A DNA stretch of 60,372 nt, counting the filler. It is 5 parts of 5 records of this genome, joined end to end, with 100 filler letters (N's around TTAATTAATTAA, not from the genome) between each part and the next. Parts side by side here need not be neighbours in the genome. Positions count along the whole stretch, not along the records: positions 28,116 to 37,421 come from SRR20825019_115; positions 37,522 to 60,372 come from SRR20825019_116; 3 more parts are not named here. The stretch is one strand, 5' to 3'. The stretch's first letter is position 1; every line of letters starts with the position of its first letter. The notes under the pieces were generated by a model. The model saw only the letters and a list, made by a program, of their open reading frames with translations. It ran no database searches and was not told the origin of the DNA. Of the stretch, positions 29,490 to 39,070 are shown piece after piece. A program made the position numbers and the translations under genes.

Positions 29490-30437
29490 TCAATTGGGCG
29501 CCGAGACGGCTTCCTTGAGCTTGAGCTCGGCCTCGTGGGCGGCGTTGACCTCCGCCGTAAGCTCGACCGAGCCTTTCTCTACCGACGGGAAATCGAGATT
29601 GGCCATCACCTGACGGACGCTCTCGGTGCGGCCGGCCTCCAGCAGCGCCTTCTCGAGCGTGGCAACGACGTCGTCAGGCAGACCGGCCGGCCCCACGAGA
29701 ACCAGCTTCGAACCGTAGCTGGACATGTAGCCGTATTCGTTCATCGTCTTGATGTCGGGGCTGGCGACCAGGCGTTCCTCTCCGGTCGAGGCAATGGTCT
29801 TGATCTTGTCGGGATATTTCTGGTGCGCGCCGCCGCTGTAGGCGACGTCGAAATCGCCGCCGAGCAATCCGCTGATCATGCCCGCGCCGCCCTTCACCGG
29901 AACGAAGTTCAGTTCCAGGCCTTCCTGCTTGGCAACCAGTTCCATCTGCACCTTCGAAGCCGGCGTAATCGTTGCGACCTTGGCGCCGGGGTTTTCCCTG
30001 GCGAAGGCGACGAATTCGTCGAACGTGTCGTAGGGGCGATCCATGGGCGCGGCGAAGGCGGGTTGGTAGGCCGCGATCGAACCGATCATGGTGAAATCCC
30101 CGACTTCGTAATCGGCGGCCGGATTCCAGATCTGGTTGGTGGCAACGGCGGTTGAAGGCGACAGCATCAGCGTGTAGCCGTCGGGCGTCGCCATCTTCAG
30201 CTTGAGGGCGGCGACACTGCTGGCAGCCCCCGGCACGTTGACCACGATGATCTGCTGGCCGAGGGTTTCCTTCATCTCCTCGAACAGGACCCGGCCGATC
30301 GTGTCGGTGCCGCCGCCGGCTTCGTAGCCGATCAGCACGGTGATCGCTTTCGAGGGATAGTCTTCCGCCGACGCCGCCCCCGCGACGAGTGTCGCCGTGG
30401 CGAACGCCGCGGCGGCGAGTTTCTTCAGTATGGTCAT
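29490..30437 (-). CDS. tctC: TctC/Bug substrate-binding protein
   Basis: Signal peptide, YP.K.IT..IG..AGGGTD, VVNVPGA, PDGYTL. Confidence 0.92.
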   Translation of the reverse strand: MTILKKLAAAAFATATLVAGAASAEDYPSKAITVLIGYEAGGGTDTIGRVLFEEMKETLGQQIIVVNVPGAASSVAALKLKMATPDGYTLMLSPSTAVATNQIWNPAADYEVGDFTMIGSIAAYQPAFAAPMDRPYDTFDEFVAFARENPGAKVATITPASKVQMELVAKQEGLELNFVPVKGGAGMISGLLGGDFDVAYSGGAHQKYPDKIKTIASTGEERLVASPDIKTMNEYGYMSSYGSKLVLVGPAGLPDDVVATLEKALLEAGRTESVRQVMANLDFPSVEKGSVELTAEVNAAHEAELKLKEAVSAPN

Positions 30438-31999
30438 GAGTTCCTCCCGGTTTTATCGAATGCGGCGGCCCCTTCGGATATTTCGAGGGCCGCCCGTGTG
30501 CGGCGCCGGATTTCGGCCAGCGCCAGGATCGAGATGAGCGCGACGGTCAGGCCGATGAAAACGGCCGCTATTGGATGCTGCGCAAGGTTGGCGACATCCC
30601 GGTCGAGCAGCGGGATCGTCTGGCGCAGGGTCAGTTCCAGCGACGGCCCGATGACGAAGCCGATCAGAAACGTGACGAAGGAATAGTCGAGCTTCTTGGC
30701 CAGCACGCCGAGCACCGCGAACAGCATCATTATCCCGATGCCGAACAGTCCTCCGCCCTGCATGAACGATCCGATCGCGCAGAAGAACAGGACAGCGGGC
30801 GCAATCAGCCGCATCGGCGAGCGGATCACCCAGGTGAAGAACGACTGGCCGATCAGCCCGATCGCCAGCAGCGCGAAACTCGCCACGATCATCGCCGCGT
30901 AGAGGCTCTGGACGATTTCCGCGTCCTCGACGAACATCAGCGGACCGGGGGTGATCCCGTGAATGACGAAGGCGGATATCAGGATCGCCGCGATCACCGA
31001 GCCGGGGATACCGAGCGCGAACAGCGGCACGAAGCTGGATGGCACCACCGCGTTGTCCGCGCTTTCGGAAGCCGCGACACCTTCGATCGCGCCCTTGCCG
31101 AAGCGCTCCGGGGTCTTCGACATCCGCGCGGTGGCGCCGTAGGACATGAACGAGGCAACGCTTGCGCCAAGGCCCGGCAGGATGCCGACGAAAACTCCGA
31201 TCCCGGTGCCGCGCAGGATCACGGGCAGGCAGCGGCGCCAGTCCTCGCCGGTCACCCGGCTGTCATCCGGGTCGGACGAGACGCGGATCTCGGCCACCTG
31301 GCGATCAAGGGCGCGGTGGTTGGCCATCTGCAGGATCATCTCGGACACCGCCATCATGCCGATAGCGACAGGGATCAGCGACAAGCCGTCGAACAGCGAG
31401 AGCTGACCGAAGGTGAAGCGGGGCACGGCGGTTTCGATCTCCAGGCCGACCGTTGCGATCAGCAGGCCGAGCGTGCCGGAAATCAGGCCCTTTACCAGGG
31501 ACTTGCCCGCCAGTGCCCCTATGAAGGTCAGCGAGAACAGCAGGATGGCGAATTGTTCGACCGGCCCGATCTCGAGCGCGAACTGGGCCAGCGGCGCTGC
31601 CAGCGCGATCAGGCAGAGGGTCGAGATCAGGTCGCCGATCACCGAGGCATAGAGCCCCATCTTCAGCGCCTTGCCGGCCTTGCCCTGCTGCGCCAGCGGA
31701 TAGCCGTCGAAGGCCGTGGCGGCCGAGGATGGCTCGCCGGGGGTGTTCATGAGGATGGCGGAGATCGCGCTGCCGGCGGTCGACCCCTTGGCGATGCCGA
31801 TCAGCAGGCCGATGGCGGCGACGGGGTCCAGATAGAAAGTCACCGGGATCAGGACGGCGGTGGCGGTGCCCTTGCCAAGACCGGGGATGGCGCCAACCGC
31901 ATATCCCACCGCCACGCCGATGAAGACGTAGAAAAGCGTCGAGAAATTGGCGATGGAGGCGAACCCGGCCGCGAGCGGAGTGATGAATGCATCGATCAT
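30434..31999 (-). CDS. tctA: TctA large permease
   Basis: GAIPGLG, NTPGEPSS.AT.FDGYP, GILPGLG, ESADNA, LGIPGS. Confidence 0.93.
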   Translation of the reverse strand: MIDAFITPLAAGFASIANFSTLFYVFIGVAVGYAVGAIPGLGKGTATAVLIPVTFYLDPVAAIGLLIGIAKGSTAGSAISAILMNTPGEPSSAATAFDGYPLAQQGKAGKALKMGLYASVIGDLISTLCLIALAAPLAQFALEIGPVEQFAILLFSLTFIGALAGKSLVKGLISGTLGLLIATVGLEIETAVPRFTFGQLSLFDGLSLIPVAIGMMAVSEMILQMANHRALDRQVAEIRVSSDPDDSRVTGEDWRRCLPVILRGTGIGVFVGILPGLGASVASFMSYGATARMSKTPERFGKGAIEGVAASESADNAVVPSSFVPLFALGIPGSVIAAILISAFVIHGITPGPLMFVEDAEIVQSLYAAMIVASFALLAIGLIGQSFFTWVIRSPMRLIAPAVLFFCAIGSFMQGGGLFGIGIMMLFAVLGVLAKKLDYSFVTFLIGFVIGPSLELTLRQTIPLLDRDVANLAQHPIAAVFIGLTVALISILALAEIRRRTRAALEISEGAAAFDKTGRNS

Positions 32000-32445
32000 T
32001 GGAAGCTTGTCCCCAGCACGACGTAGAACAACAGCCAGGCGCCGCCCATGAGGCCGGCGGGCAGCAGGGTGAGCATCGCAATCCGCCGCTCGCCAAGCGC
32101 CAGCATCGGCAGGATGACAATCATCAGCCCCGGAAGCAGCGGCCCGGTGTAGACGAACAGTAGTGTGGCGACAGCGAACAGAGCGACAATGCCGAGAGTG
32201 GCGACGACTTCACTCCGCGTGAATACCGGACCGCTGTCATCGCGGACCTGACGCAGCGCCAGCAAGGACTGGATGATCAACACCAGGCTCAGAAGCACCA
32301 GAATGGCCGCACAGAGAAGCGGCATCATGCGCGGCGATATGATCGCCATCGGCGCCTCGTCGATTTGCCAGGGGATCAGGACAAGCCATAATAAAATACC
32401 GAATGCCATAAGCACCAAGCCGGAAACCAGCTCTGCCTTTTTCAT
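31996..32445 (-). CDS. tctB: TctB small permease
   Basis: Hydrophobic 149 aa, SPR.MP motif, ATGA overlap with tctA. Confidence 0.82.
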   Translation of the reverse strand: MKKAELVSGLVLMAFGILLWLVLIPWQIDEAPMAIISPRMMPLLCAAILVLLSLVLIIQSLLALRQVRDDSGPVFTRSEVVATLGIVALFAVATLLFVYTGPLLPGLMIVILPMLALGERRIAMLTLLPAGLMGGAWLLFYVVLGTSFQ

Positions 32446-32538
32446 GTTTCCCTCCCGCGCCAGTCTGTTTTGGCGCTCTTTTGCCGCTACCTGTACGGGA
32501 GTTTTGGAGGCTTGAGTAACTCAAAGATTGACCACCGG

Positions 32539-32558
32539 GTATAAGGTTTTTATTATAC
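32539..32558. promoter_or_regulatory. LysR-type dyad GTATAA-N8-TTATAC in divergent promoter
   Basis: Inverted repeat just upstream of lysR ATG, preceded by TTGACC. Confidence 0.5.
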
Positions 32559-32564
32559 TGCCGC

Positions 32565-33563
32565 ATGAAGCTCAAAAATCTGAACACCTTTATCGAGATC
32601 GCCCAGGCCGGATCGCTGTCGAAGGCGGCGGGCAGTCTGGGCATCGCGCAGCCGGCGCTGAGCCAGCTTGTCGCCAATCTCGAACATCAACTGGGGGCAA
32701 CGCTGTTTCATCGCCGCACGACGGGCATGGAACTGACCCCGGCGGGCGAGATGTTCCTGAAATACGCCAAGAAAATCTCTTCGGACCTGGAGCAGGCCAG
32801 GCTCGATGTGAAGCATGCCAGTCAGGTGCCGGCGGGCGAGGTGTCCGTGGTGATCGCCGCCGCTGTCGCCAACCTTCTGGCGCCCGAACTGATGATGCGC
32901 GCGGAGGCGCTGTTTCCCGATGTGAAGATAACCGTGCGCCGCGCAATGAGTTATCCGGCCGCCCAGCTGATCAGGGAAGGGCAGGTCGATGTCGGCATCG
33001 TACCGGGTGCGAAATCGATGCCCAACGTCAAGGCCGAACTTGCCTATATCGACGAGATGATCTTTGCCGGCGGGATCGGCATGCCGCTTGACCAGCCGGG
33101 GCCGATCGAATTTGCCGAAGCTTGCCGCGCGCCGCTGGTCCTGCCGTCCCAGGGACACCTCACCCACCGGACCATCGACCAGGTCGCCTTCGATCGCGGT
33201 CTGCGCTTGAACCTGCGCACCCGCCAGGACAGTTCCTCGCTGCTGCGCAAGCTGCTCGCCTGCGGCTATGCCTACACGATCATGCCGCGCGCGGGCATGC
33301 TCGAAGGCGTGCGCGAAGGCAAGCTTTTCATCCGACAGATCCCCGACCTGCCGCTGACGCGGCAGATGTTCGTCATCACCAGTACGGAGCGCCCCAACTC
33401 CGCTGCGGTGCGCGCGGTGCGGACGCTGCTGTGGCAGCAGCTCGAGAGGTTGAGCGCGGAGGGGATCGTTCCCACCCTGGCCCCGCGGGAGCCTTCGCCC
33501 GATGATTATCCGATCCCCGCCTCTGCACGGACGGAAGCGCCGAACAGGGCAGGGCTTTCCTGA
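32565..33563 (+). CDS. LysR-family transcriptional regulator
   Basis: GSLSKAA..LGIAQPALSQ....LE..LG..LF.R...G..LT.AG. Confidence 0.95.
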   Translation: MKLKNLNTFIEIAQAGSLSKAAGSLGIAQPALSQLVANLEHQLGATLFHRRTTGMELTPAGEMFLKYAKKISSDLEQARLDVKHASQVPAGEVSVVIAAAVANLLAPELMMRAEALFPDVKITVRRAMSYPAAQLIREGQVDVGIVPGAKSMPNVKAELAYIDEMIFAGGIGMPLDQPGPIEFAEACRAPLVLPSQGHLTHRTIDQVAFDRGLRLNLRTRQDSSSLLRKLLACGYAYTIMPRAGMLEGVREGKLFIRQIPDLPLTRQMFVITSTERPNSAAVRAVRTLLWQQLERLSAEGIVPTLAPREPSPDDYPIPASARTEAPNRAGLS

Positions 33564-33614
33564 AGCTGCTCCCGGCGGTCGGAGCGGTTTCGATGCTTGC
33601 GCATGGAAAAAATA

Positions 33615-33632
33615 TGATATTTATAGTCCAGT
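33615..33632. promoter_or_regulatory. Candidate iron-responsive (IRO/RirA-like) box TGAT-N5-TAGTCCAGT upstream of araC
   Basis: Near-identical to 37085-37102 upstream of the TonB receptor. Confidence 0.5.
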
Positions 33633-33733
33633 TAAATGGCTGATCCTGTTCGTCTCGCGCGGGACGAGCAGGATCACCCGGCCCCATCGACGGGCGCAAG
33701 CCGGATCTGCGCCCGGGAAAATGGTGTTCTGTC

Positions 33734-34642
33734 TTGATCTATCAACATTCCATGATCTGCCAGACTGAGGGTATCCATCCGGTGGCGCCGGTCAAATGGC
33801 GCGGCCTCGATGGGCTCGTGAGCGTCTACTGGGATGCGGAGGGGCATCCCGGCGCGAACGCCTATTATCTGTCGCCGGACCCGAGGATCGTAATTTTCTT
33901 CAACGATGTGTCCCGTCACATCCGCATGTCGAACAGGGATGGCGAGCTCGGTGCGCATGACCGGCCGATGACGCGGGCGATCTTCGTGCCGGCCGGGCTT
34001 CCGATGTGGACCCGGTTCACCGCCTGGCACCGGTTTTCCCACCTCGATCTCCATTTGCATGAAGACCGCCTGTTGCGCTTCATCGCGCCCTCGATCGGCA
34101 TGTCGGCGGCGCGCGCGGTGCTGCGCCGACCGGTCGAGATCCAGGATGTCGGTCCGATCGAAACGCTGGCGCGACTGATCGTCGATGAAGTCTCCGATCC
34201 GACACGTCACGCGCTCTATGCCGAGAGCCTGGTCGGCAGCGTCGCCGCCGCGCTTCTCGAAATTCCGGCGGAGGCCGGACGGCGCAGGGCTGGCGGCCGG
34301 ATCACGAAGGCGCAGATGAACCGCCTCGCCAACCGGTTTTCCGAATCCGTCGACGGCCGCATGAGCATTGCCGAGATGGCTGAAACCGTCGGCCTTTCGG
34401 AAAGCTGGTTTTCGACCGCGTTCAAACAGACGACCGGCCGGACACCGCTGCAATGGCAGCTCGCGAAACGCATCGAGAGGGCGCAGGCGCTTCTCTACCG
34501 GGGCAGCGGCAGTGTCGCCGAGGTGGCAGTACAGCTCGGCTTTGCCGACCAGGCGCATCTGACACGGGTGTTCCGCCAGGTTACCGGCGAGACGCCGGCC
34601 GCCTGGCGCCGGTCACAGGCCTCTGGTTTGAAAAACCGCTGA
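33734..34642 (+). CDS. AraC-family transcriptional regulator (siderophore-uptake associated)
   Basis: C-terminal double HTH: MA..VGLSESWF..AFK..TG.TP...RI..A..LL....VA..LGF.DQAHLTRVF. Confidence 0.92.
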   Translation: MIYQHSMICQTEGIHPVAPVKWRGLDGLVSVYWDAEGHPGANAYYLSPDPRIVIFFNDVSRHIRMSNRDGELGAHDRPMTRAIFVPAGLPMWTRFTAWHRFSHLDLHLHEDRLLRFIAPSIGMSAARAVLRRPVEIQDVGPIETLARLIVDEVSDPTRHALYAESLVGSVAAALLEIPAEAGRRRAGGRITKAQMNRLANRFSESVDGRMSIAEMAETVGLSESWFSTAFKQTTGRTPLQWQLAKRIERAQALLYRGSGSVAEVAVQLGFADQAHLTRVFRQVTGETPAAWRRSQASGLKNR

Positions 34643-34697
34643 CCCACGGCATGGGTCAGCGATCAGTTTGTTGAGAAAGCGCTTCCCAAGCTCGTCC

Positions 34698-34807
34698 GTC
34701 ATGCCGGGCTTGACCCGGTATCCAGGGCCGTTTGTGGTGCATCTCAAAAAAGAGTCTTTGCGCGCAAGGACTTGCGCTTACTGGATCCCGATCGAATCCG
34801 GGATGAC
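34698..34807. repeat. Alphaproteobacterial REP/RIME-like composite palindromic element between convergent genes
   Basis: GTCATGCCGGGCTTGACCCGGTATCCAG ... CTGGATCCCGATCGAATCCGGGATGAC inverted units with an internal dyad. Confidence 0.7.
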
Positions 34808-34862
34808 TGCAGAGAGCGGGGCAACGCAGCGACCACGCACGGTGTTTGTCAGCGTCCAAACC

Positions 34863-36986
34863 TCACCAGCTCTGCCGGAGCGTCACGTAGACCGCGCGGC
34901 CCTGATTGTACCAGTCGGCGCCGTATCCGCCATAGGCGACATATTTCTCGTCGAACAGATTGGTTGCATTGACCTGAAGCGTCGTGTGTTCCGCGACGTC
35001 ATAGCTGAAGGCGGCATCGAAGGTGATGTTGGGATCGGACTTGATCTGGTTGTCCTCGCCGAAATAGTAGGAGCTCTGATAGCGCGCGCCGAGACCGAAG
35101 GTCATGTCGCCGCGCCGGCCTTCGCCTTCGAGCTCATAGTCCACCCACAACGAGGCAACATTGTTCGGGACGAACCCGAGCTGGTTGCCGACATTGCCGC
35201 CCGCGCCATTCTCCACGATGTCCGACATCATGTAGGAATAGGCGGCCGTGAGGCTGATATTGTTCATCAGCTCGGCCTTGGCTTCCAGGTCGATGCCGCG
35301 CACTCGCGCCTCGCCGATCGTTTCCTGCATGCTGGTCGCGGGATTGGTAACGGTGATATTCGTCTTCGTCAGGTCATAGACCGAAGCGCTGAACAGAGCC
35401 GGGAAGGCGAGCGGCGCGTATTTCACGCCGACCTCATACTGCTCGCCGCGCTCCGGATCGATCCCGAGCGTCGGCGGCGCGACCGACTGGGCATAGCTCG
35501 CATAGGTCGAGACCTCGTCGGTGATCCGGTAGGTCAGTCCGGCGCGGCCGGTGAACTCGCTGTAGTCTCCGCTGGTCGTGATGCCGGTGAGCTGGTTGCG
35601 CTGCTCCAGGTCCAGCCAGTCGTTGCGCAGGCCGACGGAGGCGATCAGCTTTTCGGAAAAGGTCAGTTCCTGCTGGAGGTAGACCGAGGTGGTGTTCTGG
35701 TCGCTCTTGGTGCTGGCATAGGGCCCGCTGTAATCCGGACCGCCGGAATAGACCGGATTGGTCCAGTCGATGCCCGGCGCGACGTCGTAATAGCTGTCAT
35801 TCGTGCCGGAAAAAGTCTCGTATTGCAGGCCGGCGAGCGTCCGGCTTTCGATATTCGCGAAGGATGTATCGTACTGAAAATGGGCATCGATGACGAAATC
35901 GTCGTAATCGCGGGCATTGCCGAAATAGTAGCGGTCGGCGATGGTGTCGCCGTTGTCGACCGGCTCATAGACATAGGCATAGCCGAAGCCGGTTTTTGAG
36001 CTCGAATAGCGCGCCCGCGAACTGAAGGTGAGCCCGGAGCCGAAATCGTGGTCGAACATCCAGGTGACGGTGTTGCGGGTCACATCGTTGTAATTGTAGT
36101 CGGGTTCGCCGAGGAAGAAGCTGCGGTCGAAATCCGAGCCGATCGGATGCCCGCCGCCGCCCGGCGTGCCGTCGGTGTCGAGATAGTCGTAGATCAGCGT
36201 CATCTCGGTTGCATCGTCGATGCGCCAGGTCAGTCCGCCCATGATGAAGCTCTCGTCATCATTGGAATAGTCGTATTCCGCGTCGGAATTCTGGAACTTG
36301 CCGGTCAGGCGATAGGAAAGCGTGTCGTCTTCGGTGATATTGTCGCCGAAATCGAAGCCCACCTCGGCGTGATCGTAGGACCCGCCGGTGATATAGGCCT
36401 CGCCGAAACGCTCGCTGCGCGGCGTCTTCGAGACGTAATTGACGGTTCCACCCGGATCGGAAACGCCGTAGATCGTCGAATCGGCGCCCTTGAGAACCTC
36501 CACCCGCTCGAACGCGTAAGGCTCCTCGCGAACGCCGCCGAAAGGGGCGCCGAGCGGAAGGCCGTCGCGATAGGTATAGGCGTCGAAACCGCGGATCTTG
36601 AAGTAGTCGAAACGATCGTCGGAGCCGTAGAAATCCGTGGTCACGCCTGCCGTATAATCCAGCACCTGTTCCACCGTCTGGGCGTCGCGCTGCTGGATTT
36701 CCTTGGCGGTGATCACAGAAACCGAGGCGGCGGTGTCGAGGAAATCCGTCGCCAGCTTGCCGCCGCCGGTACTGCCGAAGGAAACGATGGAGGTGGCGTC
36801 GCTGGCGCCGGTGCCGCTGGTTTCGACGGTCACCGGTTCCAGCACCGTCGTGCCGGCGCTCTCGTCCTGATCCTGTGCCCGGAGGGGCATCGGGCTTGCG
36901 GCCAGCGCCGTGCAGCCGAGAAGTATGACGGCCCGGTGCCGGATCATTGTGTGTCGGCCACCATTTTTGCTTTTTGCGTGGTTCAT
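34863..36986 (-). CDS. TonB-dependent ferric-siderophore receptor (FhuA/FoxA-like)
   Basis: Signal peptide, TonB-box-like LEPVTV, plug IRGF / ERVEVLKG, GEQYEVGVK, NLFD, C-terminal W. Confidence 0.93.
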   Translation of the reverse strand: MNHAKSKNGGRHTMIRHRAVILLGCTALAASPMPLRAQDQDESAGTTVLEPVTVETSGTGASDATSIVSFGSTGGGKLATDFLDTAASVSVITAKEIQQRDAQTVEQVLDYTAGVTTDFYGSDDRFDYFKIRGFDAYTYRDGLPLGAPFGGVREEPYAFERVEVLKGADSTIYGVSDPGGTVNYVSKTPRSERFGEAYITGGSYDHAEVGFDFGDNITEDDTLSYRLTGKFQNSDAEYDYSNDDESFIMGGLTWRIDDATEMTLIYDYLDTDGTPGGGGHPIGSDFDRSFFLGEPDYNYNDVTRNTVTWMFDHDFGSGLTFSSRARYSSSKTGFGYAYVYEPVDNGDTIADRYYFGNARDYDDFVIDAHFQYDTSFANIESRTLAGLQYETFSGTNDSYYDVAPGIDWTNPVYSGGPDYSGPYASTKSDQNTTSVYLQQELTFSEKLIASVGLRNDWLDLEQRNQLTGITTSGDYSEFTGRAGLTYRITDEVSTYASYAQSVAPPTLGIDPERGEQYEVGVKYAPLAFPALFSASVYDLTKTNITVTNPATSMQETIGEARVRGIDLEAKAELMNNISLTAAYSYMMSDIVENGAGGNVGNQLGFVPNNVASLWVDYELEGEGRRGDMTFGLGARYQSSYYFGEDNQIKSDPNITFDAAFSYDVAEHTTLQVNATNLFDEKYVAYGGYGADWYNQGRAVYVTLRQSW

Positions 36987-37084
36987 CTTCAGCTTCCAGA
37001 AATCGCGTCCCGCGGAGTGACAGCCCTTGCAGCAACCGTTCGGCTCGGACCGGCGTGGCTGTCATGTTCAGATCGCGATTAACC

Positions 37085-37102
37085 TGATTATTTTAGTCCA
37101 GT
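37085..37102. promoter_or_regulatory. Candidate iron-responsive box upstream of the TonB receptor
   Basis: TGATTATTTTAGTCCAGT, TGA-N9-TCA-like. Confidence 0.5.
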
Positions 37103-37194
37103 ATTGTAGATTCTTTCGTTTTTGTAGGATTCCCCTGCAACTTCACCTGTGATGCCAGGGGACCCGTGCGGCCGGCTTGACCCCCTTTATTGAA

Positions 37195-37214
37195 CATGAC
37201 AATGAGGATCAACT
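37195..37214. promoter_or_regulatory. TGA-N9-TCA (IRO/RirA-like) box upstream of the siderophore SBP
   Basis: CATGACAATGAGGATCAACT fits TGA-N9-TCA. Confidence 0.5.
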
Positions 37215-37236
37215 TTAGCCACCCAGAGAGATCGTC

Positions 37237-37421
37237 ATGTCGCGCTTGCCTGGTTTGCCCCTGCTCATCGCCGCGATCGTGCTTTTGACGACCGTCGTCG
37301 CCCGTGCAGGCGACCCCGAACCGATCACGATCGAGCATGCCTTCGGGCAGACCGTCATCACCGAGAAACCCGAGCGCGTCGCAACCGTCGCCTGGGCCAA
37401 TCACGAGGTGCCGCTGGCGCT
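37237..37421 (+). CDS. Iron-siderophore ABC transporter substrate-binding protein, 3' truncated
   Basis: Signal peptide then PITIEHAFG.T.I.EKPERVATVAWANHEVPLA. Confidence 0.88.
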
Positions 37422-37521
37422 NNNNNNNNNNNNNNNNNNNNNNNNNNNNNNNNNNNNNNNNNNNNTTAATTAATTAANNNNNNNNNNNNNNNNNNNNNNN
37501 NNNNNNNNNNNNNNNNNNNNN
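37422..37521. other. Artificial contig-join spacer
   Basis: N44-TTAATTAATTAA-N44. Confidence 0.97.
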
Positions 37522-38053
37522 CCTGCTCTACCTTTCCTCCCAGCTTGCCTATGCCCTGCCGGGCATCATTATCGGCGTTGCCATGATTCTTTTTTTCCTG
37601 CGTCCGATGCCGCTTTTGGGAACAAGCCTTTACGGGACTGTCTGGGTCATCCTCGCCGCCTATATGTCAAATTTCCTGGCACTGGCCTTGCAGCCGGTTC
37701 TGGGTGGATTTGCGCAGGTCGATCGCTCGCTGGATGAAGCCGCACAGGTCGCCGGAGCCGGAATTTTCCGCAGGCTGAAGGATATCATCCTTCCGGTTCT
37801 GGCACCTGCCGCCGCGGCTTCCGCAATCCTGGTGTTCATGACCGCCATCAATGAAATCCAGACCTCGGTGCTTTTGGTCTCCTCGCGCGCGCAGACCATT
37901 GGCCCGATGATCATCTTCCTTGAGGAAGCCGGTTCATCGACGCTTGCCGCGGCCGTCGGCTGCCTCATGGTTCTGGTGATCCTCACGCTGATGCTTGTCA
38001 GCCTGACCTTCGCTAAACGGCTTCCGCAAGGTGTATTGCCGTGGCACGACTGA
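37522..38053 (+). CDS. Fe3+/thiamine-type (FbpB/ThiP-like) ABC permease, C-terminal part (5' truncated)
   Basis: YALPGI, QVD.SLDEAA.VAGA (EAA loop), F.TA.NE. Confidence 0.88.
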
Positions 38054-39066
38054 AAGCAATCAGCGGCCTGAACCGCAAGAGCGCTGCCATTTTTATTGTT
38101 GAAACCAGTGGCCAGCGTATTCTCTTCGACCTCGGCGACGGCCTTGAGCCGGGCGAACACCCAAGCCTTTCCGGTATCGGCGCCGTTGACGCCGTCTTCC
38201 TCAGCCATGCCCATACAGACCATGCCGGATCACTTTCCCGCCTTGATGAGATTGGCAACCCGCCTGTCTTTGCAACAGCGCGAACATTCGGCTTTCTGCC
38301 TGAAACGCATAAACCCCGCCAAGCCAATATCATAGCGGAGTGCGGACATTTCCGTTTCGAGGGGCTGAATGTTTCAACCGGGCGATGTGGCCATGCACCG
38401 GGCGGTGTCTGGTTTCACCTTGAAACGGAAAACGGCGGATTCATCTATACCGGCGATATCAGCATGGAATCGAAAGGGATGCCGTTTGATCCCCTACCCC
38501 GTGCCGCAACACTCTTGATTGACGCCTCCTATGGCGACCGCGACCAGTCTTTGGCAACGCAGATTACCGGGATTGCAAAACAGGCCGAAGGCGGTGCGGT
38601 GCTGTGCTGTCCGGCAGCCGGACGCGGCACGGACATGGTTGTTTCCATGGCGGAGCATGGTCTGCCCGTCCATGTCAGTCCGGTGATTGATGCAGAAGTC
38701 AAAGCCGCAACCGGGCGATCCTTCCCTGTTGTCGATGCCGCAACAGCAAGACCAGATCAGGTGATCATCGCTACAGAATCCAACGGTGAAGCCGGGCTTT
38801 CTGCGGAACTTTTGGCGCGTGGTGGCTTTCGCTTCATCTTTTCCAGCCATGTGCCATATGGCACACCGGCTCACAGACTGATTGATCGCGGAGAGGCACA
38901 CTGGATGCCCTGGAATGTGCATCCGCGAAAGCGCGATATTATCGCCCTTGCTGCGCAATGCGGTGCGCAACAGGTCCTGCCAGCATTCGTCGATATGAGA
39001 AAAGCGCCAGATCTTGCCGCTCAGCTTGGCGGGCGTTTAAAGAAGAAAACTGAGACGGAGATTTAG
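38041..39066 (+). CDS. Metallo-beta-lactamase fold hydrolase, beta-CASP-like
   Basis: LFDLG, SHAHTDHAG (HxHxDH), GHAPG, YTGD, IDASYG, GRG, WNVHP. Confidence 0.85.
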   Translation: MARLKAISGLNRKSAAIFIVETSGQRILFDLGDGLEPGEHPSLSGIGAVDAVFLSHAHTDHAGSLSRLDEIGNPPVFATARTFGFLPETHKPRQANIIAECGHFRFEGLNVSTGRCGHAPGGVWFHLETENGGFIYTGDISMESKGMPFDPLPRAATLLIDASYGDRDQSLATQITGIAKQAEGGAVLCCPAAGRGTDMVVSMAEHGLPVHVSPVIDAEVKAATGRSFPVVDAATARPDQVIIATESNGEAGLSAELLARGGFRFIFSSHVPYGTPAHRLIDRGEAHWMPWNVHPRKRDIIALAAQCGAQQVLPAFVDMRKAPDLAAQLGGRLKKKTETEI

Positions 39067-39070
39067 CAGA

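Noticed and set aside
36990..37236. Cobalamin riboswitch upstream of the TonB receptor
   Set aside because: No B12-box consensus; the receptor and neighbours are siderophore-type
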